Part shown: positions 48,085 through 59,440 of the stretch, in pieces
How the letters are laid out: each line of letters starts with the position of its first letter
Numbering within the stretch: the stretch's first letter is position 1
Position numbers and translations under genes: made by a program
Source of the DNA: Piedraia hortae CBS 480.64
Lineage: Eukaryota
Reading direction: 5' to 3'
Length of the DNA: 64,000 nt
NCBI GenBank assembly: GCA_010093745.1
Contig: MU005981.1
Span: forward strand, 124,001-188,000
The notes under the pieces: model-generated
Told to the model about the DNA's origin: nothing
Seen by the model: the letters and a program-made list of their open reading frames with translations, nothing else
Databases searched by the model: none

Positions 48085-49318
48085 AGCAATAGTTACTGGA
48101 TGACGAATGCCAACCAACTTGCCTACCTGATCGGGCTAGTTTAGCAGTATAGTTGTGTGCTCGGTAGACGTCGTAAATTTAAAAGATCGTCTAGTTTTCT
48201 CGATCCCACTTTTGCAAATCACACCGTGGCAAGCACACCCTCTGTCACGTGTAATATTCTGTAAGTCATTAGTCTGTGCTTCTCATACCAGTGGGCACAC
48301 CTCAGTGGTGTAGGCGTAGACGGCAACTATATTCGTGATCCAGAGGCTATTTGTCCAGGAGTTACTGCTATCACTGGCCGTATAGATCGTGAGCTCCGGC
48401 AAATTGCTTACCTGTCCTTCATCGTGACCAAACGTTCGCTAAGCGTACGGGTAACACCATTCGTCATACCACTATTATTGATATTTTTGATATAACCAAG
48501 GGTGTACCGTGCGACTCGCGTCTGGAATCGGGTTTAGCCCCTTCACAGTTCCCTTTCGGCCCTTCTGTGTGACTCCGCACCAAACTGGCGCATCTGTACG
48601 GGATAGATATCTGGCTGCGACCCAGCGCACCTTCTTTCAACGTCATCTTTAGACGGGTTGTTGCAGGCAATCACCTGCATGGTGACTGTCTGCAGCGTTG
48701 GTGGTGTTTGGGTGGACTCGATTGTTCGTGGTATTTGCCTTGGTCTACTGTGCTTTTTCGGTCAGGCGGCCCCTATATTATAGACGAACTAACCGAGAGA
48801 TAGGGAGAGACTGGTCTAATCATCCATACTCCTGTCCAGCGTTCTTCATCTGTTGTTCTCGCAGAGTCATCATCCACATTCCGTGCGAGACATGTCACCG
48901 AACATGACAGATGGTCATTGAACTCTTTAAACGTTACATGTACCGGACACTTCACCTCCTGGCTCACCTCACTTCGACTCTTCTCAACATTAGCAAATCC
49001 ACTAGGCGATCACGCTTACGCACATAAACTGCGTGTGCATAAACAATTCATTGCGTCCAGGGTATTTTCATCAGTTGATCACAACATTTGAGACAGGATG
49101 AGCAACACGCCTCCAAGACGGTGCAAGGGAAGCCAAGATGATCCAATGCAGAGCTGGCTAAGCTCAACTACGCATTCTCACCAATATATCGGAATGATCT
49201 CTCTGCTGACATCAACGGCGGAGGTCCGCAACACCATCTTCTCATAAGTCTTCGAGCTAAATGAGGACTCAAGCCAGCTAAAGGTGCAGCTTCTCTGCCG
49301 GCAAATCTACCAAGACTA

Positions 49319-50108
49319 GAAATCTTCCTCACTGCGTGCACACTTTTGATCACCACTTCAAACGCAAATAGCACCACACAAAACCACTCTACATAGCTAT
49401 ATGCCATATCTTTCGAAAGCGCATGCTCTAAGATTTCATATGGTACCCTTTTTGATAATTAGCGATTCCACTGGAAGCGGGAATGTTGCGATTTATGCCA
49501 AAATGCGTTCTCGCACACATGACGCCCGTACGCCGCCATCTCTGGGCCAAGGCGTATGAGGCACCGACCGTTATAATCTTGAAGATATTGGCTTTCCTGT
49601 TTGCCTTGTTTGAGGTGCGCGCGACGTCTGAGCGCGGTGGGTCATCGATTCAAAGTTGATGAAGTCGTCACGATATCGACACGACAACTTTGAATCGACA
49701 CAACAGATCGCATAATTATCGCAAACAATCATAAGTGCATACAAATGAACGCTAGAAATGTACAGATTCCCAATGCTATGCACCGCAAGGATTGAATTCG
49801 TTTTTTATCGTGCCATTTTGCGAGATTTGATCATGCGCGAAATGGTCTTCGAAACTCGCGAAAAATTGGGCCATAATCTTACGAAAATCTACGAAAAAAC
49901 CGGTGGGGTACGGTCTTCAAGGTGTATTCTTCTGCCTCAATCAATCAGCTAGTGCTGGAGACGTTCGAGTGTTGCGCTACATCGCTCGAAAGTCCGTGAG
50001 TTTGAGCAATTTCGAGGCGGCTTTCGCGGGGGAGCGCGGGGGCGACTCCCACACGTCCAACGACACCTCACGCCAACGCCACGTCCAACCGCTTGTGCGC
50101 TACATGGA
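49319..50108 (+). repeat. Left long terminal inverted repeat
   Basis: Aligns by eye in successive blocks to the reverse complement of 51663-52363 and carries an extra ~65 nt at about 49990-50055. Confidence 0.8.
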
Positions 50109-50451
50109 TGACCCTTGTCTCTCCGACACTGTAGGCAGTTCAAATACGTAAACCCTTTTACCTTTGCGCCTCGAGAGTCCTTCGGAAGGCAGTTGGTAGA
50201 ATGGCAACTCCTAATCCTCTAGCATAAGTCGCGTCCAGAGCGACCATAACATTGGGACGGAAAAATTTGCCTATTCCGGGTCTGCCATACAAACAACTAT
50301 ATCTGTAACAGAGAATAAGACTGCCAGGATGTGTAGATGCATGTAGATGTTCATATAAAGCCATTCCCGCCGGTCCATGTTCCGTACAGACGGTCTGCTC
50401 TTCTTTTCCCACTCCGTATTTCTTTCATACCGCTTCCCATCTCTTATCATC

Positions 50452-51547
50452 ATGGACGCTGCCATTAGTGGAATTTATGCTCTGGTCGAGAATGGCATCA
50501 AGCCAAATTTTCGCGACTACCGCCAAAAAGCATCTGGTCAATCGTACAACCTTGTACGAACGGTTCCAGGGCCTCACGGTAGATCGAGACACTGCATTGG
50601 AGGCGCGCAGGAGCCTGTCACAGGAGCAAGAGGAGGAGCTGGTCAAGTACATCAGCTCTACCTGTGATTGGTGCTTGCCTCCCTCGCCAGCCACGGGTCG
50701 CACCTTAATCTCAAGTTTCTCCAGTATTGCATCGCCCACGAGATTCTGGTGGCTTTTTATCCCCCCCCACGCAACCCACTGTCTTCAGCCCCTGGATGTG
50801 GGTTTGTTCTCTCCTCTGGGAAACTACTACAGCCAGGGGTTGAATAGCTTCACAAATATGTTGCTAGGGCAAACAATGATGACGAAGAGGAGTTTCTTTG
50901 GTATCATTTGACCTGCCTTTGAGAAGGCCTTTGCCAAGGAGAATGCCCTGTCGGCATGGAGGAAAACGGGCATCTTCCTCTTCAATCCAGAAATGGTCCT
51001 AAGCAAGCTGCCTGCCGCTCTACCTGTGGCGGTCCAGAGCAGTGCAGAGCTAGGCACATCCACAAGACAACTACGCTTAAAAGTGGGAATGGTCTCCCGA
51101 CGGGCAGGTCCTGAAACTCGGAAGGTGCTACAGGAACTGAGCTAAAGTGCTCTGAACACAGCCGCAAGATTGACGCTGGTGGAGCACAAATGCTCCAATC
51201 TTGAGAAAGCTTTGGCACTGGAGCGGAGGAAGAGGAAGTGCAGGTCCAGATGAATGGAGCAGGTTAGGGATATGGAAGGATATGGAGGGGCACTGTTTGT
51301 TGACACTGGGGTCCTTCAGAAGGCTTGGGAGTTGGAGCAGCTGCAGGCAGATGCGAAGGAGCGGGAGGGGTGGGAGGAACAAGAGAAAGCGCAGAGGGCA
51401 TGTGAAAGGGCGGAGGCCAAGCCGTTGAAGGCTGCGGAGACGTTACGGAAGCGACAGGAACGACAAGCCGCTAAAGATGCCCGTATTGCAGCAAAGGCCC
51501 GGAAGAAGGCCAAAGTCGCGGCGAGGAAAGCCGCCGCCCAGCGCTAG
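50452..51547 (+). pseudogene. DDE_1 (pogo/Fot1) transposase remnant
   Basis: HTH region TTAKKHLVNRTTLYERFQG...LSQEQEEELVKYI...LPPS is fused to HGSH...PPHATHCLQPLDVGLFSPL...WRKTGIFLFNPEMVL; frameshifts and stops; basic C-terminal tail. Confidence 0.9.
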
Positions 51548-51662
51548 GATGATGACGACGACGACTACGTCGAGGAGTGGCAAGCCAGGAGGTCCACGAG
51601 GCAGGCGATCGGTAAGAACAACTAGCTTCGTATCTGTAAGTAGGCAGTATTGATGTATTCCT

Positions 51663-52363
51663 ATCCGTGTAGCGCACAAGCGGTTGAACAACGAGTTGGC
51701 GTGTCGTTGGCCGAGCGATGTAGCGAAACACCTAAGCGTCTCAAATACTTGATGATTGATTTAGGCTAAAGTCCATGCCTTCAAATCTATATTCCACTGC
51801 TTTTCATGTTAGTATTCAAAGGGCTATGGCTCGAAATCTTGCGAGTTTCTAGGGCCATTAAGGATCGAAACAAACATGACTAGATAGCAAGCAAAACAGG
51901 ACATTAACCATGCAAATTGCATACCATTAGAGTCTATACAATGCAAGCTATGATATAAGACCGCTCACGACTGTTTGCGGCAATTATACGTTGTGTTAGG
52001 TCGATTCAAAGCTGACAGCAACGTCGCAAATTCGACCCACCAACTTTGAACGGACAGAACACAGCGACCCGACCTCGCGCATGCCTGAAACAGAGTGCAC
52101 TAGAAACGCGAGATCTCGAATAGTACGTTCATGGGCGCAAAGTATGTAAAAGATGTTAGCTGGTGCTTTACTGACGTCATATCTGCAATGGTGCCATTTG
52201 ACATGAATTGCAGTATAGCGATCGCGGGAGAGAACATGAACATACGAAACCTTAGAACATGCGCGTTCGAAAAAGCCGACCTATAGCTATTTACCATTGT
52301 TGTGCGTGATGTTATTCAAGTTTGAAGTGGTGATCAAAATTGTGCACGCAGTGGGAAGACTGC
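51663..52363 (-). repeat. Right long terminal inverted repeat
   Basis: Reverse-complement counterpart of 49319-50108. Confidence 0.8.
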
Positions 52364-53593
52364 TATAGATTAATGGCTTTCGCGCGGACGAACTTCAACA
52401 TCTCCCAGCGCGCTCTAAGTAGGGGAATCTTTTCAGATTCTACATCATCACGCTTCAAGGAGGCTTTGGGAGCCATACGCTACATCACAGTGAAACCGCC
52501 AATGTTGCTAGACATTCCTTTCATCCTGTGGAGTAACTGCCCTTGGCTCGATTGCTCCAACAACACCTTGGACATTCTCACTATCATTGTTGGGGGTACT
52601 CTTCCGCAAGGCCAGCTGCTCAGGTTGATTACATGTTTGAGGATGTCTTCGTTCCACATGATGTTGGAGCCAGTGATCGAAGATAGGTATCATGAGGTGA
52701 AAACAATCGAGATAGTAGGTGCTAGCGGTTCAGATCTGGGGAATATCCTCAGGCATATTATGCGTCTGCCGGATCATCATCGCACCGTAGTCAGAAGGCG
52801 ATCTGAAGATGGTGGATGGACATTAAGATTGAGTCATAGTCTTGTTGTCGGTGGTACGGCGATGAGAGAGGTTGGTGGGACAGACGGTTGCCAAAAGCTC
52901 TAGCTCTTAAATGCAGAACACCAGCAAGTTTGTCTGTGTGGATGGTACCCCATTGATCAGCTTGGCATAGGAGCCGTCTGCTCGTTATAGCCAAAGCGAA
53001 CGCCTGTTTACACTCGCTGAATTCCCAACTTTTCCAATCACACACTCTCTAAATATAACGATTTCGCGGAGGCCTGCTACATGCCAAGTTGTATCGGGAC
53101 ACATGTCTTTGTGGATAAACAGCTTGCACACGCTTTTAACTGTTTTAACCCTCCTACAGGGTACAATTTTGTGAGGCAAGTCGGGCATTGCTGGTGAAGA
53201 GAACTCAATCAAGTACTTTCCACGTCGCAAGGAAGACCGTCGTGTGGTTGGTCTTTTTGCTAATCGCCTAAGCGTGGACCAGCTTGCTTTCTCTGGATAC
53301 AATTTCATTTTTGTCGCCGGGGAGACACCGCAGACCATTTTTCTGGTGACTCGACCCCAGACCACACAAAATCTCTTCACAGTTGGCGTGTCAACGAAAA
53401 TGACACATTGTGTATGACACGTGTAGCCGTGACAAACACACCTCTTGGCTCACCCCACTTCAAATTTTCCGAACTTTGAATAAATTCACCAAGCAAATCA
53501 CGCTCTACGTGCAAAAACTCTGTGTACACAGTGTTCCACAAGCTCCCACTAATAAAGTTTCCTCCATCATTCTATCACGACATACAGGGCAAG

Positions 53594-54238
53594 ATGAGCG
53601 AGATACCTTCACATCGGTACGGAAAAGCCTCCCCAATCACATTGCCCGCGGAGGTCCGCAATAGTATCTTTTCCTACGTCTTCGAGGCCAACGGACACCC
53701 GAGCCAACTAGAGGTATTGCTGGTCTGTCGCCAAGTCCATAAAGACTATAAGCTCATGGCTTTCGCACGAACAAACATGACAATTCCCCAATGGGCTCTA
53801 AGCAGGGGGATCTTCCCACAGCCCACATCAGTGCGCCTCAGAGAAAATTTGAACATCGTCCGATACTTGACGGTGAAAATGCCAGCTTGGCCAGTGGTTT
53901 TTTTGGTCAGCGGCAGGAATCCCCACTGGCTTGATTGCTCGAATTTCACTTTGAATGTTCTTACTATCGTTCTGGATTCTCTTCCGCGAGGCCGCGATGA
54001 GAACCTGATAAGGGCTTCGAAGATGCGTTCGTTGCTTACAATGACGAGATCTGTGATCAAAGACCGGGATCATAAGGTGAAATTGATCAAGATTGTGAGC
54101 CCCAGTGATGAAGATATAATAGATATCTATGTATGGCTCATGGACAAGGTGTATTATCCTTACCATCATCGTATCACCCTTGTAAGGCGACAGGAAGGTC
54201 TTGGGTGGGATTACGTTGAGGTTGATCCAAATCTCTGA
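53594..54238 (+). CDS. F-box-like (DUF7730-like) protein, tandem copy 3
   Basis: SPITLPAEVRNSIFSYVF...SQLEVLLVCRQVHKDYKLMAFARTN...WLDCSNFTL; the upstream region matches that of copy 2. Confidence 0.78.
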   Translation: MSEIPSHRYGKASPITLPAEVRNSIFSYVFEANGHPSQLEVLLVCRQVHKDYKLMAFARTNMTIPQWALSRGIFPQPTSVRLRENLNIVRYLTVKMPAWPVVFLVSGRNPHWLDCSNFTLNVLTIVLDSLPRGRDENLIRASKMRSLLTMTRSVIKDRDHKVKLIKIVSPSDEDIIDIYVWLMDKVYYPYHHRITLVRRQEGLGWDYVEVDPNL

Positions 54239-55550
54239 TGTGGGAGCTACGGTGTTGGAGGTGATTGGTGGGACAGCTTGGCAGGGAGACAGACTCACAT
54301 ATCCAAACTGTATTTATGCTGTTCCAAAGACTTCTGATCTCATATTCCAGTGACCCAACAACTCCGCCGCGGCATTAGCTCAGCCATAGAATACTGTGGG
54401 TTTTGTGCATGGACCATACGCGCTACAAAATACCATGGTACATAGTGTAACGATTAATGAAACATTGAGTGCGTCGAAATGGGATCTCTCAAGTGTAATC
54501 TCGAACAAAGGGTACGCTCCGGTCGAATTCCCCCATTGTTGGAAACCGCAAATCTCAACAATTTGCCAAGGCAAAGAAAAGGTTAATGGTTGCGTATCTG
54601 CATTCAATCATGCACCGGGTTTTCTTTGGTAATAAATCCATCACGTTAATCATGTTCATCTTTTAAAGACACACAGCCATGCTGCGTGACCCAGAGCATA
54701 TCGAGCAAAGTCAATAAACCAAAATTAGAGCGTTATGGCGTATTGATACCCTCGATCACAAAGTCCATAGCCAGCTACCCAAATGAAAATGTGAGCGGTA
54801 GTTTTCGGCGAAAGCACGCATGCACAGAAGCTTTCCCGTGACTCAAATTTTTGAGCTGGGGCCTATTGCTCCCCTGTGCAAAGTTGTATCGATATGCTCT
54901 TCGCGAGCAGTGGCTTCCTCCGCCCTTCTTTGATGTTTTCCCAATGCATTATTCCCTCTTAGAACCGCAATCTTCACGGATGCCCCTACATCTTGTGAAA
55001 GATCCCTCAAAGACCAAGTTTCGAATAGTACACAGATCCAGCAACTATATGCCAATATCTTGCTTATCGCTGTTTAAAGAACTGTGGGTACTTTTATCCG
55101 CCTAGGAAGACCGCTGCATGCCAAAGCGTGACGAACGGTGGACGATGCACAGGAAAACAGGCAATCTACAAGCAAGGTATAGTTTGTGGGGGGTGTAGGA
55201 GAAGGGAACGAGGGACTGTCCCAAGGCCGCATAAGTCATAGGTTTTGAAACCGGGGTGGTGGGAGTTGTAGCGCATATAGAAAATCGCATTTAGTATTTC
55301 TGACGTCTTTTTGTGATCTCAGGAAGGGAGGAGGAATTCTACAGGAAAATTGGAAAAGCTAATTCGGAACAGTCCATCGACGTACTCAATTGCTGCGATG
55401 TTGATTCATCACAAGCTGCAGAAACATGCTAAACTGGCTCAGAGATGGTGGCAGCTTCACAACAGGCGACACAGCTCCACTTGCTAGCTAAGTAACCCCG
55501 AAACGCCTACGTGACAAGTCTCCCTTCACTTCCATTCGAATATAGCCCGG

Positions 55551-56075
55551 CTATGTCTCATTGTGTAGCACCGGCTGGGGCCCATCTGACATCAACTCCT
55601 CCTCCAGCCAGAGACCTCCCTGATGGTGTAGCGACTCCTCCATGATGTCGTCCCGATCCTGAATACCGTCTGTGTTAAGCATATGAGACACCCACTGTCG
55701 ATGTTGGCGCAAAGCGGCCTGAAACTCCAATTGCGTCTCGAGACGTGGATCATCAAAATCTGTGGCTGATACCGCGCTTTCTGCGGAACCCTCGGGTAAG
55801 CTTGACTTCGAACACACGTTCTCGTTAACCTTGTCTTCCACTGTACCCTCTTTTTTCCTGGGATCATTGTGCTCGGCCACGCTAACCATCGAAGTCGTAG
55901 TACCCTTTTCGCCCGTACCTTTGTCTTTGCCCTTGCCAGAATTATCGTCATGAGTTCCTTTCGTCGGTGACTCGCTCGCGGCGTTTGCCTCTCCCGCGTG
56001 CACAATAACCTGATGGAACTCAAGATCCTTGCGAGAGGTGCACCTTCGTCCGCAAACTTTGCAGATGGTGCTCAT
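55551..56075 (-). CDS. Small protein with one N-terminal C2H2 zinc finger
   Basis: MSTICKVCGRRCTSRKDLEFHQVIVH (C-x2-C-x12-H-x4-H), then an acidic low-complexity tail. Confidence 0.6.
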   Translation of the reverse strand: MSTICKVCGRRCTSRKDLEFHQVIVHAGEANAASESPTKGTHDDNSGKGKDKGTGEKGTTTSMVSVAEHNDPRKKEGTVEDKVNENVCSKSSLPEGSAESAVSATDFDDPRLETQLEFQAALRQHRQWVSHMLNTDGIQDRDDIMEESLHHQGGLWLEEELMSDGPQPVLHNET

Positions 56076-56253
56076 GCTGTTTCTGGTAAGCAAACTATAT
56101 GGCTGGTCTTGCTTGTGAAATGCCGTGAAAGTAGTATCTTTTAATTTGATGTTAAGTTTTTCTGTTGGTCAATCGGTCGTTGGTACAGAATCTACTCGCA
56201 CCTTCTAAAATTTGTGAAAGATAGATTAGTCCATGATAAGTGTGAATGTGTCA

Positions 56254-57113
56254 TCATTCGAAAAGGGAAGGGACGGCTGATTTGTGGGCCATGGTTGCCC
56301 CACATCTCCGCATAACCCGGACCGCATTTACAAAGATTACGCACTGTGATGTGAGCTTACCCACAGGGAGACATCTTCGTTGAAGCAGGGATCCTACAAA
56401 GTCCAGTGCGCTGCCGTCCTCTGGTAGACGCCTGATAAACTCGCACATCCGTTGCCTCCGAATTTCCGAGCAGTGACAGCCTTTTGCGGGCCGTTTCGTC
56501 ACCAAAATCTTCATGGCGGTTCTCAAGCGATCCGACCTTAACTTTGTCCCTGGTGAGTCCCAGATTCTGGCTCGACAGATAAGACCCTACTTAGCTTCAC
56601 AGTAAATCATGCAGTGCACAAAAGCGAAATATAGGGCGCTTGTGCCTGCATCCTTTATTTGCATCGGAGTGGTGCGAACTTGGCCAAATCAAGCTTTCCG
56701 CAATTTGAATTCGACCGCGAGTATTTGGCCGAGTGAGTCTTTGCGCGCAACAACTCCAGGATGTTATGTACATTTGGCAGGGCAGCAGACGCAAGACAGC
56801 CGTGAAAAATCGCATTGACGCTACTCCAGCGTTGCGAACCTCGGTTCTTCTAATGTAAAGATTTATTGGGCGCGGATATTCTTACGTTTTCGAAGATGTA
56901 CCGCTCATTCTCATTTTGGCTATAAGGAAGAATTAAGAATTTTGCTCGAAGTTTTGATAAGTCATTCATGGACCTTGCTTGATCGAGTGGTGAATGTTTG
57001 TCGAAAGGCGGATGGGGTGTGTTCTTACAAAGGGCGAAAAGGACAAAGGGCTCACACAATCTTTGTCGTATCTGCATCCCACGTTGGAGAGGAATAATGC
57101 AAGAAGGCTCCAA
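56254..57113 (-). pseudogene. Possible decayed OTT_1508-type deaminase-like gene relic
   Basis: RQRLCEPFVLFAL...KLRAKFL and GRIA/LRTAMKILV resemble recalled family motifs. There are many stops and no HxE/CxxC was seen. Confidence 0.2.
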
Positions 57114-57376
57114 TCCGTAACGACTGAATCTTTCTTAAGACGGCCGACACGAATTGAACAATGTGATCGCAAGCGTCTGGATAGCACTCGTACCATAGTG
57201 CCACATTAGCATTCTTCTCGGTCCCTAAGCTCATTAGCAATTATCACCACTGGGGATGCCACCAGTTATAAAACCTCGAATATCTGGAGTACCGGATAGT
57301 CTGCCAAGGTACACTGTCTGAATTTATCCTACCATCTCAACAAACGCTGCCTTCAACCCCAAACGCCTTCCAAAGT

Positions 57377-58972
57377 CTACTGCCTACGCGACCGGTTGAT
57401 CCTTCTCCTCGGAATCGCAATCTTCCTCTGAGCCCCATTAACCAAACGCGTCGTCGTCTCGACAGACTGCGTAGCCTGTGAATTCTCACCTGTATTAGCC
57501 GGTTGCTCGGCAGTCCCCTTTTTCTCTTTCTCTTTCTCATTGTCATCTAGTGCCTCCTCCTCAGCCGGCATAGGTTTCTGTCCGTACTTTGCGATCAACC
57601 AAGGCAGCCCAATTGTGGGAATCTCGGTGTCAATAGCCGGATGCGATGCAAGTGTACGCGCGGGATTGATGGCATACGGGATGACTTCGTATTTTTTGGA
57701 CAAGGGCAAATATGCGTATAGTCCTGAGGGGTTTCTGCCAATTCCAGGCGTGCCCGCGGGGAGAACATATAGCTCCGGATGCTCCCGTTCGAGCTTTCTG
57801 TAAGATTCCTCAGATCTGGGGCTGTTGGCATATCTAGGGACGGGCAGGGTGGGGCGCTGGGACTCCGCAGCCTGAAAACAGCGCACGGATGGGTAGATCG
57901 CTTGTGCCGGCTGCCCCATATTGCAGTACTCGGCGGCGTTTGTGATAGGTTGTTGAGACGTTACAACCTGTGCCGGCTGGCCCCTGTTGAAATGCTCGGA
58001 GAAGTTCTGGATAGTGGGCTGGGACTGGGCGGGCTGAACTCCGAATATATAATTTACGGAGGAGTGATAAACTTCTGCCGACTGTCCCCTATGAAAATAT
58101 TCGGCGGCGTTTTGGATAGGCGGCTGGGACTGCACACCTTGAGGTGCGGGCGTACGGCTGGCCGAATGTTGGTTCGCATGTGCTGGCTGTTCCCCGTGAA
58201 TATACTCAGTGGCATTGGGGATACGGTAATGGGACTGCACTCCTTGTGCTCCGGGCCTCGCGGAATGGTGGGTTGCCTGTGCCGACTGTCTTCTGTTATT
58301 ATAATTGGAGACGTTCTGGATAACGGACTGAGTCTGCACGGCCTGGATTTCTGGTGTGTAGCTCATGATATAATGGGAGCCCTGTGCCAACTGGTCCCTA
58401 TTGACATACTCGGAGACATTCAAGATGGGGGACTGCGTCTGCATAGCCTGAGTTCCGGGCATACGGCTTACGGAATGGTGGGTAGCCTTTGCAGAGTGCC
58501 CCCCGTTGGAATACCCAGAAAATTCTGGCATAGGGGCCTGGGACTGCCCAGCCTGGGCTTCGGGTGTACAGCTAACAGAAGAGTGGGTTGCCTGTCCCGA
58601 ATGTCCGGCAGGAATATGCTCAGTTGCACTCGGTTCAGCAGGGGGAGTTCCATCTGGTTCGGGCATCGCAGCTGATAGCTTTATCCAGAACCCATCGCCT
58701 TCATGCGAGTCCATAGACTGCGAGGCCCCAAGCTGGGGAGATGGATCAGAGGGCGGGACTTGATTACCTTGATTCATCATAAGTACCATAGGGTCAATGC
58801 AACCCGTCTCAGATACCGTTTGGACCTGCTGCTCTTCTTCTTCGATAGGGGCATGATGATGCGAGGCACTGTTTTGGCCTCCAAGCTGGGCTACATGTTT
58901 AGGGGCGATTGATGCTGTATTAGCCATGAGATTACCAAGGTTGGGATGGTATTCTACAACACGACAATCCAT
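57377..58972 (-). CDS. Hypothetical protein with about 8 tandem 35-aa Q/H/S/Y-rich repeats
   Basis: 531-aa open frame; repeat consensus QNxsEYxnrGQpAqaxHxSvsxxPgxQaxQSQxPI at about 57845-58633. Confidence 0.7.
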   Translation of the reverse strand: MDCRVVEYHPNLGNLMANTASIAPKHVAQLGGQNSASHHHAPIEEEEQQVQTVSETGCIDPMVLMMNQGNQVPPSDPSPQLGASQSMDSHEGDGFWIKLSAAMPEPDGTPPAEPSATEHIPAGHSGQATHSSVSCTPEAQAGQSQAPMPEFSGYSNGGHSAKATHHSVSRMPGTQAMQTQSPILNVSEYVNRDQLAQGSHYIMSYTPEIQAVQTQSVIQNVSNYNNRRQSAQATHHSARPGAQGVQSHYRIPNATEYIHGEQPAHANQHSASRTPAPQGVQSQPPIQNAAEYFHRGQSAEVYHSSVNYIFGVQPAQSQPTIQNFSEHFNRGQPAQVVTSQQPITNAAEYCNMGQPAQAIYPSVRCFQAAESQRPTLPVPRYANSPRSEESYRKLEREHPELYVLPAGTPGIGRNPSGLYAYLPLSKKYEVIPYAINPARTLASHPAIDTEIPTIGLPWLIAKYGQKPMPAEEEALDDNEKEKEKKGTAEQPANTGENSQATQSVETTTRLVNGAQRKIAIPRRRINRSRRQ

Positions 58973-59440
58973 GGTGGAACGTTGTCAGTGACTTTGGAAG
59001 GAGAACCGGAAATACCAGTAGTGTGCCATGCTAACGTGTTGGAACATGTGCTACGTTGATACAGCAACACACCGACGCGAAAATTTTGTTGTGACTGTCC
59101 GTGCATCAACGGCACGGCACGGGTCGTGGAGTTAGCGCTGTTCAACTTTAAGTATGGGGTATGTATTATGCTGCTACGTCTTGAAATCCTCAAGTCATTA
59201 TAGCTTGAATCAAAATGTGTGTGGTGGGAAACACTCGAGGTATTGGCTATCAAATTATATAAAGATTCTTTGAAACCATCCGAGTCGCCGCGGCAAACCG
59301 TTATATAGAAGAACGGAGAATATGATATACCCTGAAAGCGGTGATGACGAAGGAATGCTCCCAAATTACTGTCCTCCTTGTGCTACACGCTCGTCATAGA
59401 ACAGCCTTACGCTGAGCGGTGATTTGAAATAGTCAATGCA

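Larger units (their letters stand above)
49319..52363 (+). mobile_element. pogo/Fot1-like (Tc1/mariner superfamily) DNA transposon, internally deleted, with very long TIRs
   Basis: TA duplication at 49317-18 and 52364-65; left end gaaatcttcctcactgcgtgcacacttttgatcaccacttcaaa matches the reverse complement of the right end; internal transposase remnant. Confidence 0.9.
49098..52903 (+). pseudogene. F-box-like tandem copy 2, split by a DNA transposon
   Basis: 5' part: MSNTPPRRCKGS...SLLTSTAEVRNTIFS*VFELNEDSSQLKVQLLCRQIYQD. 3' part from 52364: YRLMAFARTNF. The halves join in frame once the element is removed. Confidence 0.88.

Noticed and set aside
49970..51732. A separate nested transposon defined by inner inverted repeats
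   Set aside because: The inverted similarity continues outward to the TA-flanked ends, so one long-TIR element is the simpler reading.
57779..58675. 298-aa plus-strand ORF with repeats
   Set aside because: Antisense shadow of the repeat protein.
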